From Takakia lepidozioides (lineage: Eukaryota; Plantae; Bryophyta): a stretch of 64,000 nucleotides of DNA. Within the stretch, counting starts at the first letter, position 1. Every line of letters begins with the position of its first letter. The position numbers were made by a program, and so were the translations under genes. Under the pieces are notes generated by a model, which made no database searches, had not been told where the DNA came from, and saw nothing but the letters and a program-made list of their open reading frames with translations. The stretch covers positions 31,372,001 to 31,436,000 of the forward strand of contig CM060731.1 in NCBI GenBank assembly GCA_030704615.1. The letters are read 5' to 3'. Shown here piece after piece: positions 49,990-62,677 of the stretch.

Positions 49990-50730
49990 ACGGACACAGT
50001 TCACGAGTGGTTTCAGCACACAACCTAACTGCTACATCAATACTGGTACTCAGTCCGTGGTTTTAGCACACAAAGTAACCGCTACTGCAATAATGCTACA
50101 ACCACTCACTAAGTGGTCTTAGCACACAACCTAACCATTACCTCAATACTGTTAGAACCACACAGACAGTGGTTTTACCGCACAACCTAACCACTACCTC
50201 AATACTGTTAGAACCACTCAGACAGTGGTTTTACCACACATCCTAACCACTATTGCAACACTGGTAGAACCACTCAATAAGTGATAATATACATTGTTTA
50301 TTCTCGTTTCATGACTATTCTTGTTATTCAATGCTCACTCACAGAGTTGTTTGTGTAGTCATTGCATTTTCCAGCGCATCCCTAAAATAGGGCACGTGCT
50401 AATTTTCAACATCGCCACGTGTTCAGATCGTGGTCAACATAATTGTGCAACCGGATGCGTCCACGTGTCTATATGGATACGGACACGTGTCCGTCCATTG
50501 CTAAGTATGATCGACGGAGTTGATGCGTCCACGTCGCATACAGTGGAAGTGGTTGGAATCACTATGTTTTGAAGTGGTTAGTTTGCCACTGTGACACGTC
50601 AGACGTGACCTGGCTTACCACTGTGACACGTCACAAGTGGTTATTTTACCACTGTGACACGTAAGCGGACAGCTGGACTCGGAGGCAAGTAATCATAACC
50701 ACTGTCGTTAACCACTTCGGACACGTCATG
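49990..50730. repeat. Subterminal-type repeats: ~55-bp AGTGGTT...AACCACT units and CACTGTGACACGT copies
   Basis: About 5 tandem units at 50005-50280; 3-4 CACTGTGACACGT-type copies at 50587-50727. Confidence 0.8.
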
Positions 50731-51249
50731 TCTTTAACCATTGCTGAGTCAAGATCCACTGGTTCTATACCACTAGACATGCACCTTCCGCTCCGTACTC
50801 ACTCCCCTGTTTCAGTTTGTTTCCACCACGATTATCTCTTTGCTTCATGCAGGGAGACACAGCTTCACGCGCCAATGCTCAAGAATGCAACGCTGTTGCG
50901 AAGACTGCAAAAATGTGGTCCTTGGGGGCTGCGGACATTGACATAGGCTCGCGACGGATCAAGGCGGAGCTGATGAAAATCCGGAATTACTTGAAGGCCA
51001 CTGGACACCCGGACTTCCCTACCTCACAAGTACAAGAATTGCTTGCACAGTCCCCTCCACAGCCCCTGCCTCCGAGCGTCGGTCAGACTGTGGCCCTGTC
51101 AAAGGACGACTCGTACCTCCACGTCATATTTGAGCTGCAGAAATTCCCCGGTTCACCACCTTTTGGGGCTGCCCAGTTTACTGTCAAAAGAAACGAACTC
51201 CATTGTTGTTGCCTTGACGCTCTCGATGGCATCACTCCCTGAAATTGAT

Positions 51250-53781
51250 GAGCCTCCTTTCCTATTGCAGGTGGCACAACATTGTGATCCCAGGGGACTT
51301 GCACACCATGAAGTTCCATTTTGCGATCCCTTCGACGGACTTGTCGAATCCCACTTCAACGACATGTTCCAGGTGGATGGTGGGGGGAACTTCCGTTATG
51401 CTGGAATTGATTCGTTCCTCAGGTTTGGTTGGATGAGTTTCGGCAATTTCCTGGGCCACCACCATGTCGTGCACCAAGTTCAGCAACTGCTTACAATTGC
51501 GAGTGGGCAACAGCCCATACTACACTTTGCAGAGATATTCATGTGTATGGAGTACATACGACAACGCGTGGTGGTCGTCTTCGCAGTGCAAAGTCCTCAT
51601 TGGTTCAAAGTGCTCTGGACAGGACAGCCTAAATACATATTTCCAGAGGCCCTCCAAAACTTCAAGCGTGCACTGCGATTGAAAGAGATGTTGGACATTG
51701 GATATGTTTCCCCAGCACATATATGTGATGACAACATAAGTACGTCTTCCCCTCTCCCTTACTTTTGCATTCCACTGTCATGCCTTGCTCCCCTGTTTGA
51801 TCTGCCCTCTCTTGCTCCCCAACACCATTCCATGATCCCCTGTTTCCACCTGCATTGTTTTGCTCCCCTGTTAGCCCCCTGAATGGTTGCTCGCTCCCCT
51901 GTCTTCTTGCCCTGCTGTGCCACACATTCTCTCAGTCGGAACGTGAATTTCGTGTGTAGGTGGACATGACTTCGACTTTGGATTTTACAAGGATGCTGCA
52001 GCCAAGTATGTGGAGGCAGTCCACTCCATGAAGATTGCTCGTGATCAAATTGATGCCCAATACCGGTATTCTCTAGCTAGAAATGTGTCAATTCCACTGT
52101 CACAGGTGAATACAGATGCCTTGCAGTCATCGCAATTGGACCTCTAGCATTTTGATGATACTTTGGGGCCCGCAAATGAAATGTTGAACCACCCGCATGA
52201 TCCCTTCTCCGCCGAACCCTCACACCTCTCACCCAATGTGTCTGATCCCCTGTCTGGGCAACTATCTTCGCCCCCCCTGCCTGTCGTCTCTGCTCCCGGG
52301 TTTGCTCCCCACCTGGCCTCTGATCCCTTTTGCTTTCTATCTCTGCTCCCCTATCTACTAAGGTCCCTGCTCCCATGCCGTCCTCTGACCCCCCCTTGGT
52401 TGCTGTGTCTCCTCCTACGCCCACTACAGCCCCTGCTCCCATGCCGTCCTCTGACCCCCCCTTGGTTGCTGTGTCTCCTCCTACGCCCACTACAGCCCCT
52501 GCTCCCCGCAATTCGTCCGACCCCCTCTTGCTTTCGGTCTCTGCTCCCCTAACTACTGAGGTCCCTGCTCCTAAGCTGTCTTCTGACGCCCTCTTGCCTC
52601 CTGTCTCTGCTCCCCTGCTTATTGAGGTCCCTGCTCCCCAACCATCGTCTGACCCCCTCTGTGTTGTTGTCTCTCGTCCCACGCCGACGGAAATCCCTGC
52701 TCCCCCAATGTCCTCTGACCCCCCCTGCTTTCCATCTTTGCTCCCCTAACTATAACATGGGAGCACAATATCTGGGAGGGGAAGATGACGATACAAAACT
52801 ACCAGACAGCAGGGGAGCATGCCAGAACAAAACACAATGGAGCAGAGGAAGGATAATTACCTGCATTGCCAACCACTTCCTGTACGCAATTCCTCCACGA
52901 TGGAAAATGGCACCAGATGCAGTGTGCTCTACGAAGGCCTTGAACCAACCATTATCTCCATATTTCAGGAAAGTAGGTAGCAAGAGAGTGGAGTCCGCAT
53001 CCAGGAGGTTGAGTATTTCCGGCTTTGAAATGGAATCACCAAGTGTAATTGTCAAATTCGCTCTTTCAATTTCCTCCACAATAGTCTGCACCTGTTTGCG
53101 TATGAACCCAACTCCCACAACGGACATGGGGCCGGTAGCCTCTAAGTTGGGGCCGATACCCTGTGAGATCGTTTGTTGTCTAGTGATCGGGCGGCCCCTC
53201 TGCTCCACTTCTGTGCTCCCCTCTGCTCCCCTCTGGGTCTTAGCAGGTCTCTTGTCTCTCACCGTTGCGCGTTCCTTCCTCTTCTGACCCGGGGGGGAAG
53301 ACTCTGTTTGCTCAGCATCAGAGACAGCCTGAGCCTGCGGCCTAACTGCTCCCTTCTTTCAATTCTCCGATTTCTTCTTGGCCGTGAGGTCATCTGCAGG
53401 AATGCGTCGGCGCTCCGGATTCGCACCTCACAGCCTCAAAACAATTGCCTTGTCCTCCTTTGGATTCACGACAGTCGGCTAGGGTTTAGCACCTTCGGGT
53501 GCAAGTGGGCACCCCTCCCCGTCAACCAAATGACGATTCAAACGCATTTTGTCCTTTTTGAGCACTCCACAGAACTTGCAGAGGTAAGGATCATGTGCAG
53601 TCCCAGTGCCCTGTCCAATTGCCCTTAATTCCACTGCAGCCTCCACTATCATCTCGTCATACTCCACTGGGTTATACCAGTAAGGGATACGGTCTCCCTT
53701 TCTACTGACGTGCAAATATATTCTCATTCCAGGGACTAGAGGTTCAAGCCTCTCGGAAGACTGTATTTTTGATTGGGGCAT
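51250..53781 (-). pseudogene. Unknown spliced gene with a C2HC-type finger and 19-aa repeats; contains premature stops
   Basis: MPQSKIQ (ATG 53781)...CKFC-x11-H-x6-C is in frame with 52750-53262 across two stops. CAG|GTAATT donor at 52861/52860. 57-bp tandem repeats at 52330-52740. The 3' extent is uncertain. Confidence 0.45.
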
Positions 53782-54884
53782 GTTGAAGCAGGAAGGAGAA
53801 GAGCAAACAGATGAGGAAGCAGAGGAGCAAGCAGACAAGGAAGCTGAAGAGGAGCAAACAGAGGAGCAGGGGAGAAACAGGGGAGCAGCTGAGGATCCTG
53901 CAGGCAAATAAACATGATAGCAAAACACCAGAGCAAAAGAGGAGGAAGGAGCAAAGCGCAAAACCCAAGCTGCACAGGAGAAAAGCAGGCGAAGGATAGA
54001 ATGGAGGGGAGCAGGATGAGCGAGACGAAACAATGTGACAGGGGAGCGAATGTCAACGGGGCTTGCAAAGTGACGGACGTGGCGCGCGAAGGGACGCGAC
54101 GATAATAGAAACGCCGCCAAAAAGTAAAAGCGGCCGTTCGCACGCGCGATCGCGTCGGATGGGCCCAAACGACATGGGAGCGTACAATGTAAGTATATAC
54201 ATCGTATCTAAATATGATGCCCGGTGGTTCGCGTTCATGAAGAGCGAAATGGGGAACGCAAAAACTGCAGGGAACAGGTCAGCAGAGAGACAGGAGAGCG
54301 GCCTCATAAAATGGGGCTGCATTCAGGGACTACTTGAATGACTGATAAGACCATTTTGTTGCAACCAAAACTACAATACACAGCATAAGTAGAACACATG
54401 CACAAGTAGCATGCACAAGTGGAACACATTTGAAGCACATGAAGAGAACATGAATACAACAAGAATGTGTCCGAAAGAGCCATACTGACCACAATCGGAT
54501 TGTTAGTCATACCAACTTGTACCCCGCACCTTCAAAGAGTTGCATGCAATACGGACTGAACAATTGGAACAGAATGTGATGTGCTCATGCGAAGCTTCGG
54601 AGAACACCTGCACATGGATCCGCCATGGAATGAGAATATTTTCGCACGATAACCATAGGATATCCCAGTACGTTGTTGGCCGCAGCATCGGAAACAATCG
54701 CAAACAATCGAAGAATCGGAGGCAAGAAAGCCATCATCATATTGCAAACTCAAAGATGAAACTGTCACACGCGAAGAAGAAACCCTCGCTAGGTCTGGAA
54801 GCCGCTCTTCTACCTCGGTTGTGGAACGTCGATGGAAAATAGATGGCGACGATTGCACGATTAAATAGGCCACACAGGGTCGCA

Positions 54885-55810
54885 GAGGGACAGGGGAGCG
54901 GAGAGCGCCATAGGACAGGGGAGCAGAACAGGAGAGCAGAGGCACGGGGCCGCGTTGGGGGGGGGATATAGGAGAGCGGGGGAAACAGGGGAGCAGAGAT
55001 ACAGGGGAGCGAAGGAGGGGAGCGAAGAGCGCCGCGGGGGAGCGAAACAGGGGAGCGCGGGCACAGGGAAACGGAGAGCGCCGCGAGGGAACGAAACAGG
55101 GGAGCAGAGAAACAAGGGAGCGGAGGAGAGCGGGGAGTGAAACAGGGGAGTGCAGGCACAAGGGAGCGGAGAGCGCCACGAGGGAACGAAACAGGGGAGC
55201 AAACATACAGGGGAGCCGAAAGCTCCGCGGGGGCGGGGATACAGGGGTGCAACGAAAAAGGATCGCGGAAGCACCAGGGAGCGGGGAGCGCCGCGGGGGA
55301 GCAGAGATACAGGGGAGCGTAAAGCTCCGCGGGGGGGTTTACAGGGGAGCAGCGAAACAGGGTCGTGGAAGCACCAGGGATCGGGGAGCGCCGCGGGGGA
55401 GCGCAACAAGGGAGCAGCAAAACAAGGAAGCAGAGGCACAGGGGGCAGAGAAGGGGAGGAGCGAAACAGGGGAGCAGATATACAGGGGAGCGAAGGTGGG
55501 GAGCAGAGAGCGCCGCGGGAGGGGCAACGTAATAGGGGAGCAGAGAAACAGGGAAGCGGAGATACAGGGGACCGAAAGAAGGGAGCGGGGAGCTCCGCGG
55601 GAGGGGGGGCTGAAACAGGGGAGCGTAGGCACCGGGGAACGGAGCGCACGGGGGGAGCCAAACAGGGGAGCAGAGACACAGGGGAGCGGAGGCAGAGGGG
55701 AGCGGAGAGCGCCGTGGGGGGACGAAACAAGGAGCAGAAAAACAGAGGAGCGGAGAAACAGGTGAGCGGGGAGCACCGTGGGGGAACGCAACAGGAGAGC
55801 AGGGAGCCCC
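54885..55810 (+). repeat. Purine-rich GAAACAGGGGAGC / GAGCGCCGCGGG minisatellite
   Basis: Dozens of imperfect copies; the overlapping low-complexity ORFs are products of the repeat. Confidence 0.92.
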
Positions 55811-56171
55811 GCGGGGGCCGGGCTGGCTGGTCAGGGGGCGGCACGTACGGTCCCGGGGGGGGGGGGGATTTGACAGGCGGCTCCGGCAGCGCGCCCGGCT
55901 CCGGCCAGGGGGGCCCACGGTCTCGCATTCAACTCCCATCCTATGTCTAGTGTAAACCTTTATGGCATCATGTCCTTTGAATCAAAGCTTATTTTCAATA
56001 TGACTAAAGCATGATGGCTGCAGGCTTTTGATCCATTGCCTCCACCTTTTTGTCTCTTGATATGATCATGACCCCCAATCTGTAATAAGATTACAGAAAC
56101 CGAAGGAGGCAGTTTACAGAAAATTGATACAGTACTTTCAACTGCTGAAGCAGTGGGGGATTAAACACCCG

Positions 56172-59100
56172 CTAGCCTAGACTAGGTGTCTTATTTTGTG
56201 CTAGAACATTGGAAGCAACATCAACCATCATCTTATAAAACTCGTATAGATCTTGCACCTCATGCATGCTCATGCCCTCCAGCATCTTTCTGGCAGATCT
56301 CTCCTTGTGTCTATTGAGCTCCAGCCTCTCCAGAAAGATGGATGAATTTCTCACTGTCGCTCCGATCTGATTTAGCCTTTTCACCTGCTGCTTATTGTGC
56401 GGTGTAGTTGACTGCACAAACAATCCTAATAATTCCTCAGTTCTAACTGCTGTTTTATTGAACATCTGTAAAATATGAAGCGATCACACATGGATTACAG
56501 TCTGCTCTCCTGAGTACCTTCATTTCTCAGGACAGTTGAGTGAGACATGAAAGTTAAAAACTCAATGTGCCACAGCAGACAAAATCGGTGCTGCAGTGGT
56601 GAACCTGTCTTCATTAGCTAGTAGCTACCAGCATGGAAACATCCTTCATGTTATACTATGAAAGTATGAGGGGGACGAAAGAGCACACCTGTAAGAACTG
56701 AGCACCAACTTCAAGATCTTGTTGACTTTGAGAGGAGGAGAGCTGCAGAGCCTCAAGAGCAAGGCCACCATTATGGACTGAGTGGCCTTTGCGCTGCTCA
56801 TACAGAAGCTTGGCTGTGGAAAAGCTGCGCACTAGCTCTTGCCGCTGTTTCTCCATCCTTGGAGAAAGCTTCTCATTTTGGTGGGTTTTCTCCTTCCCAG
56901 ACAACACCAATTTCTTCTTATATGCCACCACTGCCTTCACAAATTCCTGAGTCCATTACAGACAAATTCAAAGTTTCCTGATTTAATTTTCCAACAATAC
57001 CAGAATGTGAAGGTAGAAGCTAAAGAGTGGTTATAGAATGACTTCTACACAATGATAGTCTGGTGTCCATAGTGTTATGTTGCAATGATACAATAGCAAG
57101 GCTTTCTGATATTTTTGGAAGACACCCACCTGGGAGCATGCCATGAAACCTGGCATATTACAGCTCGAGTGTGCATGTGTATTGAGAAAAACTCAACAGT
57201 GCCCAATGGTTTTAAATTGCCTGAAGATTATAGCCACAACCCGTCAGCTAAATCTGCCTAGACAAAAAAGTAAGTTGTTTTTGTCAATGACAAATTGTGG
57301 AAGGAAAAATGCATACCAGGCACATCATCCTTTCATTTGACTATAGGCAGAGAAAAGTACCTGGTAAGCACGGGGACACCCAGGATAGTCAAACACAGAG
57401 TCAGAGGCAGAGTCAGCGGGAGAGTCAGAAGAGCCAAAGGAGGTTGGTAGATCGTGACGCATTCGCTCAGGATGAAATTGCAGGCCAACTATGAACTTGC
57501 CCTCCTCAGGATTGTAGACATCTGGATCATAAAACCCCTCCACAAGCCTGTCTGCTGCATATGCCATTGGCTTGAACCTTTCTGCCAGCCTCTTCACCCC
57601 CTGCATTCATCCCCCATCCCAAACGTCTGAATTTTGACCTTTTGGATGTCTTTTCCGAGCCTAGCTCAGAATAAAGGTCACCACACATATCTCCAGCACA
57701 TAGACAGATTGACTGGTCCAAAAGAGGGTCAACTACTCACAGAGTACACAACCTAAAGCAGGGCAGGTGGCATCACCTAATTGCACACAACTTCAGCTCA
57801 CAGGGAAAATCCACATTGATTGCATCAGTGACACAGGACATTCTTGGATTAGCCACACAGACCTGGTGGTGGTAGCTATTAACAAACAGCTGCATGTCAG
57901 GCTGCAAAGACTGGCTAAACCAGTCATGCAGAGGAGAGCCATGCACTATGGAGACAGAATGGCGATGACCATCATAGTCCAAGTAGTTGATATGTTTCAC
58001 TGTCAGCCCCCCATTTCTTGAAAGCTCCCTTTCCACATCCTGCACAATGAATCTTTCTTGTCGCTAATTCTCCGGACTCACACATCAACATCAGGTCAGT
58101 AACTCCTAACACTTCCAACCAAGCATCCACTAGCATACATACAAGCTTCTTCCCCACAAACCCTTCTAGGCCAAGAGAGCACTATCATGACGAGATGATG
58201 CAAACTGCTTGCTGCAGACTGATTACCTGGTATAAGGAGCCTCCGCATGCAACATTAAGAACTTGTGAGCCTCGGCAGATGCCAAGGAAAGGAGTGTTGT
58301 GTTCCAGGCAGCGCCTTGCTAGCTGCAGCTCAAGAGCACAACGGCGAATGACAATCTTTTACAGCAATCCATGATATTATGGTCACTTCACCCCAAGCTT
58401 CAAAGTTACTGTAGCCTAAATTTCTGACTCTGACCTTGGAACTCCAAGGGTTAAGTGATTTGGCCTGAATATCTTATCCACTTCCTTTGTCCACTAGGTC
58501 AACTGGTCATATATTTCTAAGACAAGATGGGTTTCAGCAGACAGTGCTTATCTTCTCCTGTTGCAGAATAACGGGAGCAGGGGGCAACACACCTGCAGCT
58601 CGATCGAGTCCTTATCGTGGTCGATAGAGGTGTCACTGCTGTGTGCAGCCCGAATTTCCTCAACGTCTTGTTGGGTGAGCAAGGACTCGTCACTGTCATA
58701 CAATGTCGGGTCGACGTCTTCCCCTTCACAGAGCAGCACGCCATGAATTGGCTCAAAACTGTCCAACAAAGTATGCAAACCAGATACCCTCGGCACGATC
58801 ACCGGTACTGCTCCATAGCTCACGATTAGATCTAGATGATATTCACCTGCAATTCCCCAACACCACCCGACGGACCCTTCCTGCATGAAAACTTTTGAGA
58901 TTGGCATTCCTCTGGAACAAGAGGTAGTGATGCAAACAACATAGCCAGGCCTATTTGACTCTGGCCTATAGATCGATGTGTGCATTAAGCTTTTTTGTTC
59001 GACAATATATAGCTAATCTTACCACCACCAGAACGCTCTCCTTCTTATGGCATGCAGGTCTTTCTGTCGCATAAATAATCTCACCAAGAGCAATCAACAC

Positions 59101-59348
59101 AATCGTCATCTCATTGTCCTTGAGACCGCGTCCATCAAGAAATCGACAGGTCATGATGCAATTGCTCGAAGTAGCCGAACAGCCCAAGAAGGAAAATTTC
59201 GCTTATGTACAATGAACTGAACCAGCATTGTATAAGCATACTTACCTACGAAATTCACGAACTTGTTCTTGCGCACGGTACGCCGTGACACAATAAGCAC
59301 ACGAGGTAGCACTGACGAAAGCTCTGCCACCGCTCCTTCCCCTATCAT
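56172..59348 (-). CDS. Class-I glutamine amidotransferase-like / peptidase C26 (PuuD-like; homologue of Arabidopsis GAT1_2.1), 7 exons, ~473 aa
   Basis: Exons 59348-59246, 58846-58593, 58322-58227, 58039-57863, 57600-57361, 56946-56689 and 56465-56172 all have GT-AG boundaries and stay in frame. Motifs [24 protein letters not shown] (catalytic Cys), VNSYHHQ and QFHPE. Confidence 0.93.
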
Positions 59349-59762
59349 TTTTCCCAAGGGAACGCTACCTCTCCTTTCTGCCACGACTCACGCTTCTGTT
59401 TCAGACGAGGTAAAAGTGACAAGAATGAGATGTGAACCTCCACACTAAGAAATGTTCGACTGATAGGGGCCCTCCTCCTGGAACTGTGCCAAATTTTTGA
59501 AAACCTGAATTAGCTCGCGTGGTTTTCAATCAGGTGCAGTGAGAAATCTCTCCACTCCTCACTCCCAGAGACAACGGACGATGTCCACCACCATGAAAAA
59601 ACAAATCTAGGGATAAGAATTACAGTCACGAACAAGCACAAAAATAGGAATCCCGCTCCTTCCTTTCTCTCTCTCAAGCGCTGCTGACGGAACATCGAGC
59701 AAATGCACAGCGAGGATGGCGGCAGCAACCAGAGCTGCAGCAGGAGCCCTATGTCAGACAGA

Positions 59763-59774
59763 TGCCACGTGGCA
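59763..59774. promoter_or_regulatory. Perfect palindromic G-box/ABRE (TGCCACGTGGCA) upstream of the amidotransferase gene
   Basis: 12-bp palindrome ~415 bp upstream of the ATG at 59348. Confidence 0.5.
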
Positions 59775-60312
59775 GTAACACTCATCCGGGCCCCATTGCA
59801 TGATCGGAGTAAGTAAAATTACATGCTCTCCCCGAGGTTCATTGAGCTTTATCTAACGAACGATTGAGTGTCTGTAAGAATTGTACCAACGTTAAGGACC
59901 TCCTTCAGCACATGTGAATTCAGCAATCCAGTTTCAGGTTTCAATTAAACTCAAATCCTTCAAGTGTAATGCCAACTCTGTGATCAGTACCGTGTCTGCG
60001 GAACTTGGGGAGACGATTGGGGTGTCTCTGTAAGATGTGGTCCGTGCTTCTATGCTGCCATCAAAGCAACAGTTGACTAGCAAAGCTTGTATTCTGGGCT
60101 TAGAGGCTTAGAGATGAAAAAGTAGTTGAAGTGGGGTTTTGGCCAAAGAGGAAGTCCAGACACATGTTTGGTGGTGAAACTGGCAGCAAACCCCTCACGT
60201 ATTGACTATTCATCATTGGAGTGCTTATGTAGAGCAGTTTCATTGAAGAGGGATTCTTCTGAAGGTCCCAGAAAAAGAGATGGAGGGTTCGACGAATGAG
60301 GTGGCACGGAAA

Positions 60313-62574
60313 CCATCAGGTCCACCAGCTTGTATATTTCAAAGGCTTACAACGCTCCCATTAGTTCTTCTGAGGATGTGGAAGCAATTGAGCATTTAAA
60401 CAGTTCATCAGGGCGGTTTCGAATCATAGGAACAGTTTTTCCAATTATGTCCTTCAATTCTTCAGAGGACCCCTCACTGTTAGACCTAGAAAAGCCAAGG
60501 ATACTGTAGTGGGTTTCAAAGGTTTTGACACTGTCAACCGTTGAAGTCACCACTGCACCCTTAGTAGTCTTCAGCGCTTGTACTTGCTGACAGTTTTTTG
60601 GCTTGTACAAACGTTGAAGGGCCAACCAGAATCTCTTGTCATTACCACCATGGTGGTTTGAGTTTATTTCACTGTATAACTTGTCCCAGTATAATTTCTT
60701 ATGAGACCTTACAAGCTGATTGATATCTTTGCGGACCTGGTACTACCTAGCCCACAATTCTTTGTTGGTTTACAAATTGCAGCAGTCTTTATAGAGGACT
60801 CGTCTCTCAGCTATCTTGAGTTTAATCTTGGAAAAACACCTTTTGATCTCAGTCCAAACCAGGAAGTGGTCAAAGGTACCAATATCATTTCTGTCGATCA
60901 ACACACTGGCACTCTGGGGAAACAAATTTTTGTCCATTATGATATAATGCACAATGGGAGGTTCCCTAGTTTGGGCTTTCTCATGAGTCCACTGCACTTG
61001 GTCTCCTTTTGACCTATTATTCATGGTCAAAAGCTGAAGCTTTCCAGACAGTTAATTAACCATCTACCATTAGAATTCAGCTCGTTCTCACCAAAAGGCC
61101 CAATGGTATCATCCTGATGGAGACCTTTGCCCACCCGGGCATTGAAGTCACCCAATAAAACCACCTGACCTTTGGCAATGAACTTAGCACAGTCCAGCTT
61201 AACGTCTTCGAAGGCTTTGTCTGCATCAGCACCAAGGGTCCCCTCTGTGGGCATGTAAACACAACCCACAAAGAGGTCCTTTGTATTCACACCGGTTTTA
61301 GCCAAATACTGTGCTCATACCGCAAACCCTTGTTGATAATTTCACAATTGTCACACAAGAAGTCACGGACAAAGAATCCAACCCTTTTTTGACCACGTTT
61401 GGCAGAGGCTGCCTTAAGAGCGCACATCTTACCTATCCATTTATAACCATTGACATCTCCAACCAGTCTGTCCGGTGTTTCCCATGTCTCTTGCCCAGCA
61501 CAGATATGAATGTCATTTGCCCAACGGACTTGTCCCACTTTGAGTTGTTTCCTTTGGTTAGTCAGCCCCGAGAAGTTGAAAGTGCCCAGCCGCAAGCCAG
61601 CCCTTTGCATGTGAATTGTTTGTCGTCCAGGAAGCCTATGGTTGCTCCTGGACGGCCACCCGTTCTACAAAGGGGGGACAATTACCCCGTGTGTAGATTT
61701 TGCTCATCTAACTTTGAGGATTGGTAAGCCATTCAGAGTACCAAATCCTTCAGTTACATGACGTTCAGGCTCTGCACACTTAGGGACAGATTGTCTGTCT
61801 GGCTGCTTGGAATCAACCTCATCCAGAGCATCAAAACGGTTAGAACTTTCAAGTTGAAGTCCATGCCCTTGGTAGTCTTCCTAGACCGCCTCATTCAATC
61901 ACCAATGTCTAAGACCGCTCTCCAGCCAGTCAAGGGACGAACTTCTTTGAGATTGAATTGATGCGAGACTCTATTAGTAGCATTTTTGGGCATTGCAACC
62001 TTCAAAGCTGTTATCAAGTCTCGAGATGGAACCATTAGCCAAATAATCCAAGCCTAAGCTGGAGCATGTAGCTTTAAAGGACACATCGTCCATCCTGGGA
62101 TTCACCCCAAAATCTACACATGAAGCCCTAGGTTTGGCATGAGTAGCCAATTCCCAGGAATCACCCTGGGGAGTGTTGTTATTGATAAGAGGTAATGTAT
62201 TGGTAGATTTCGCAGGCTATAAGTTTAAGCACAAGGACCAACCCTAGCCCAAGTGCCGAGTATGCTAGACAGAGCATACGACTGCCAAATTTGTGGGGAG
62301 GGGCTGCCCCCAAGCGGTAGGGGTCCGCTTGTTACCATTCAGAGATCACTTCCAAAGGAGCTGCAGGGAATGGCCTGCGTAGGCATATTCTAAAGAGGGA
62401 AAGGCCCCAAACTCTCCAACTAAATCCAGTGCACTACCTTACCTGAAGCAAAGCGCTTCAGGTCAAAACAAACAAAAACACGAGGTCACAAGGCCGGCAT
62501 TTTAGTCAGAGACATTTATATACTCCTGTATCAAGTCCACTCAATGGCAATAGGCTTCCTAGAGGACAGGGAGA
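60313..62574 (-). mobile_element. Second, non-inverted, 3'-truncated copy of the LINE at 41167-45836
   Basis: Collinear 5' UTR, ORF1-like region and APE (61027-61610), highly similar to copy 1. Internal deletion of ~290 bp near 60830; stops before RT. Confidence 0.92.
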
Positions 62575-62677
62575 AGGCCAGTGAAGAGAAAGTAATTCAA
62601 GGCATAGTTTTGTACGCCACAAGGTGTATTATTGAAAAGAATTATAAAAGAATAAAAAACTGAATGTACCATGGAGT

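Larger units (their letters stand above)
50771..55952. mobile_element. Candidate CACTA-like element saturated with GGGGAGC motifs, carrying an unknown zinc-finger gene
   Basis: CACTAGACAT at 50771 and its inverse ending at 55952; flanks TAC/TAA (imperfect 3-bp TSD). The motif reads GCTCCCC on the left half and GGGGAGC on the right half. Confidence 0.5.

Noticed and set aside
51043-51882. 279-aa plus-strand ORF
   Set aside because: Probably the antisense shadow of a decayed minus-strand exon; no recognisable motifs.
54532-55950. Long ORFs of 224-400 aa on both strands
   Set aside because: Stop-poor low-complexity minisatellite; no domain signal.
55900-55951. Helitron 3' end (CTAG|T)
   Set aside because: No convincing hairpin just upstream; the same bases fit a CACTA-type inverted terminus better.
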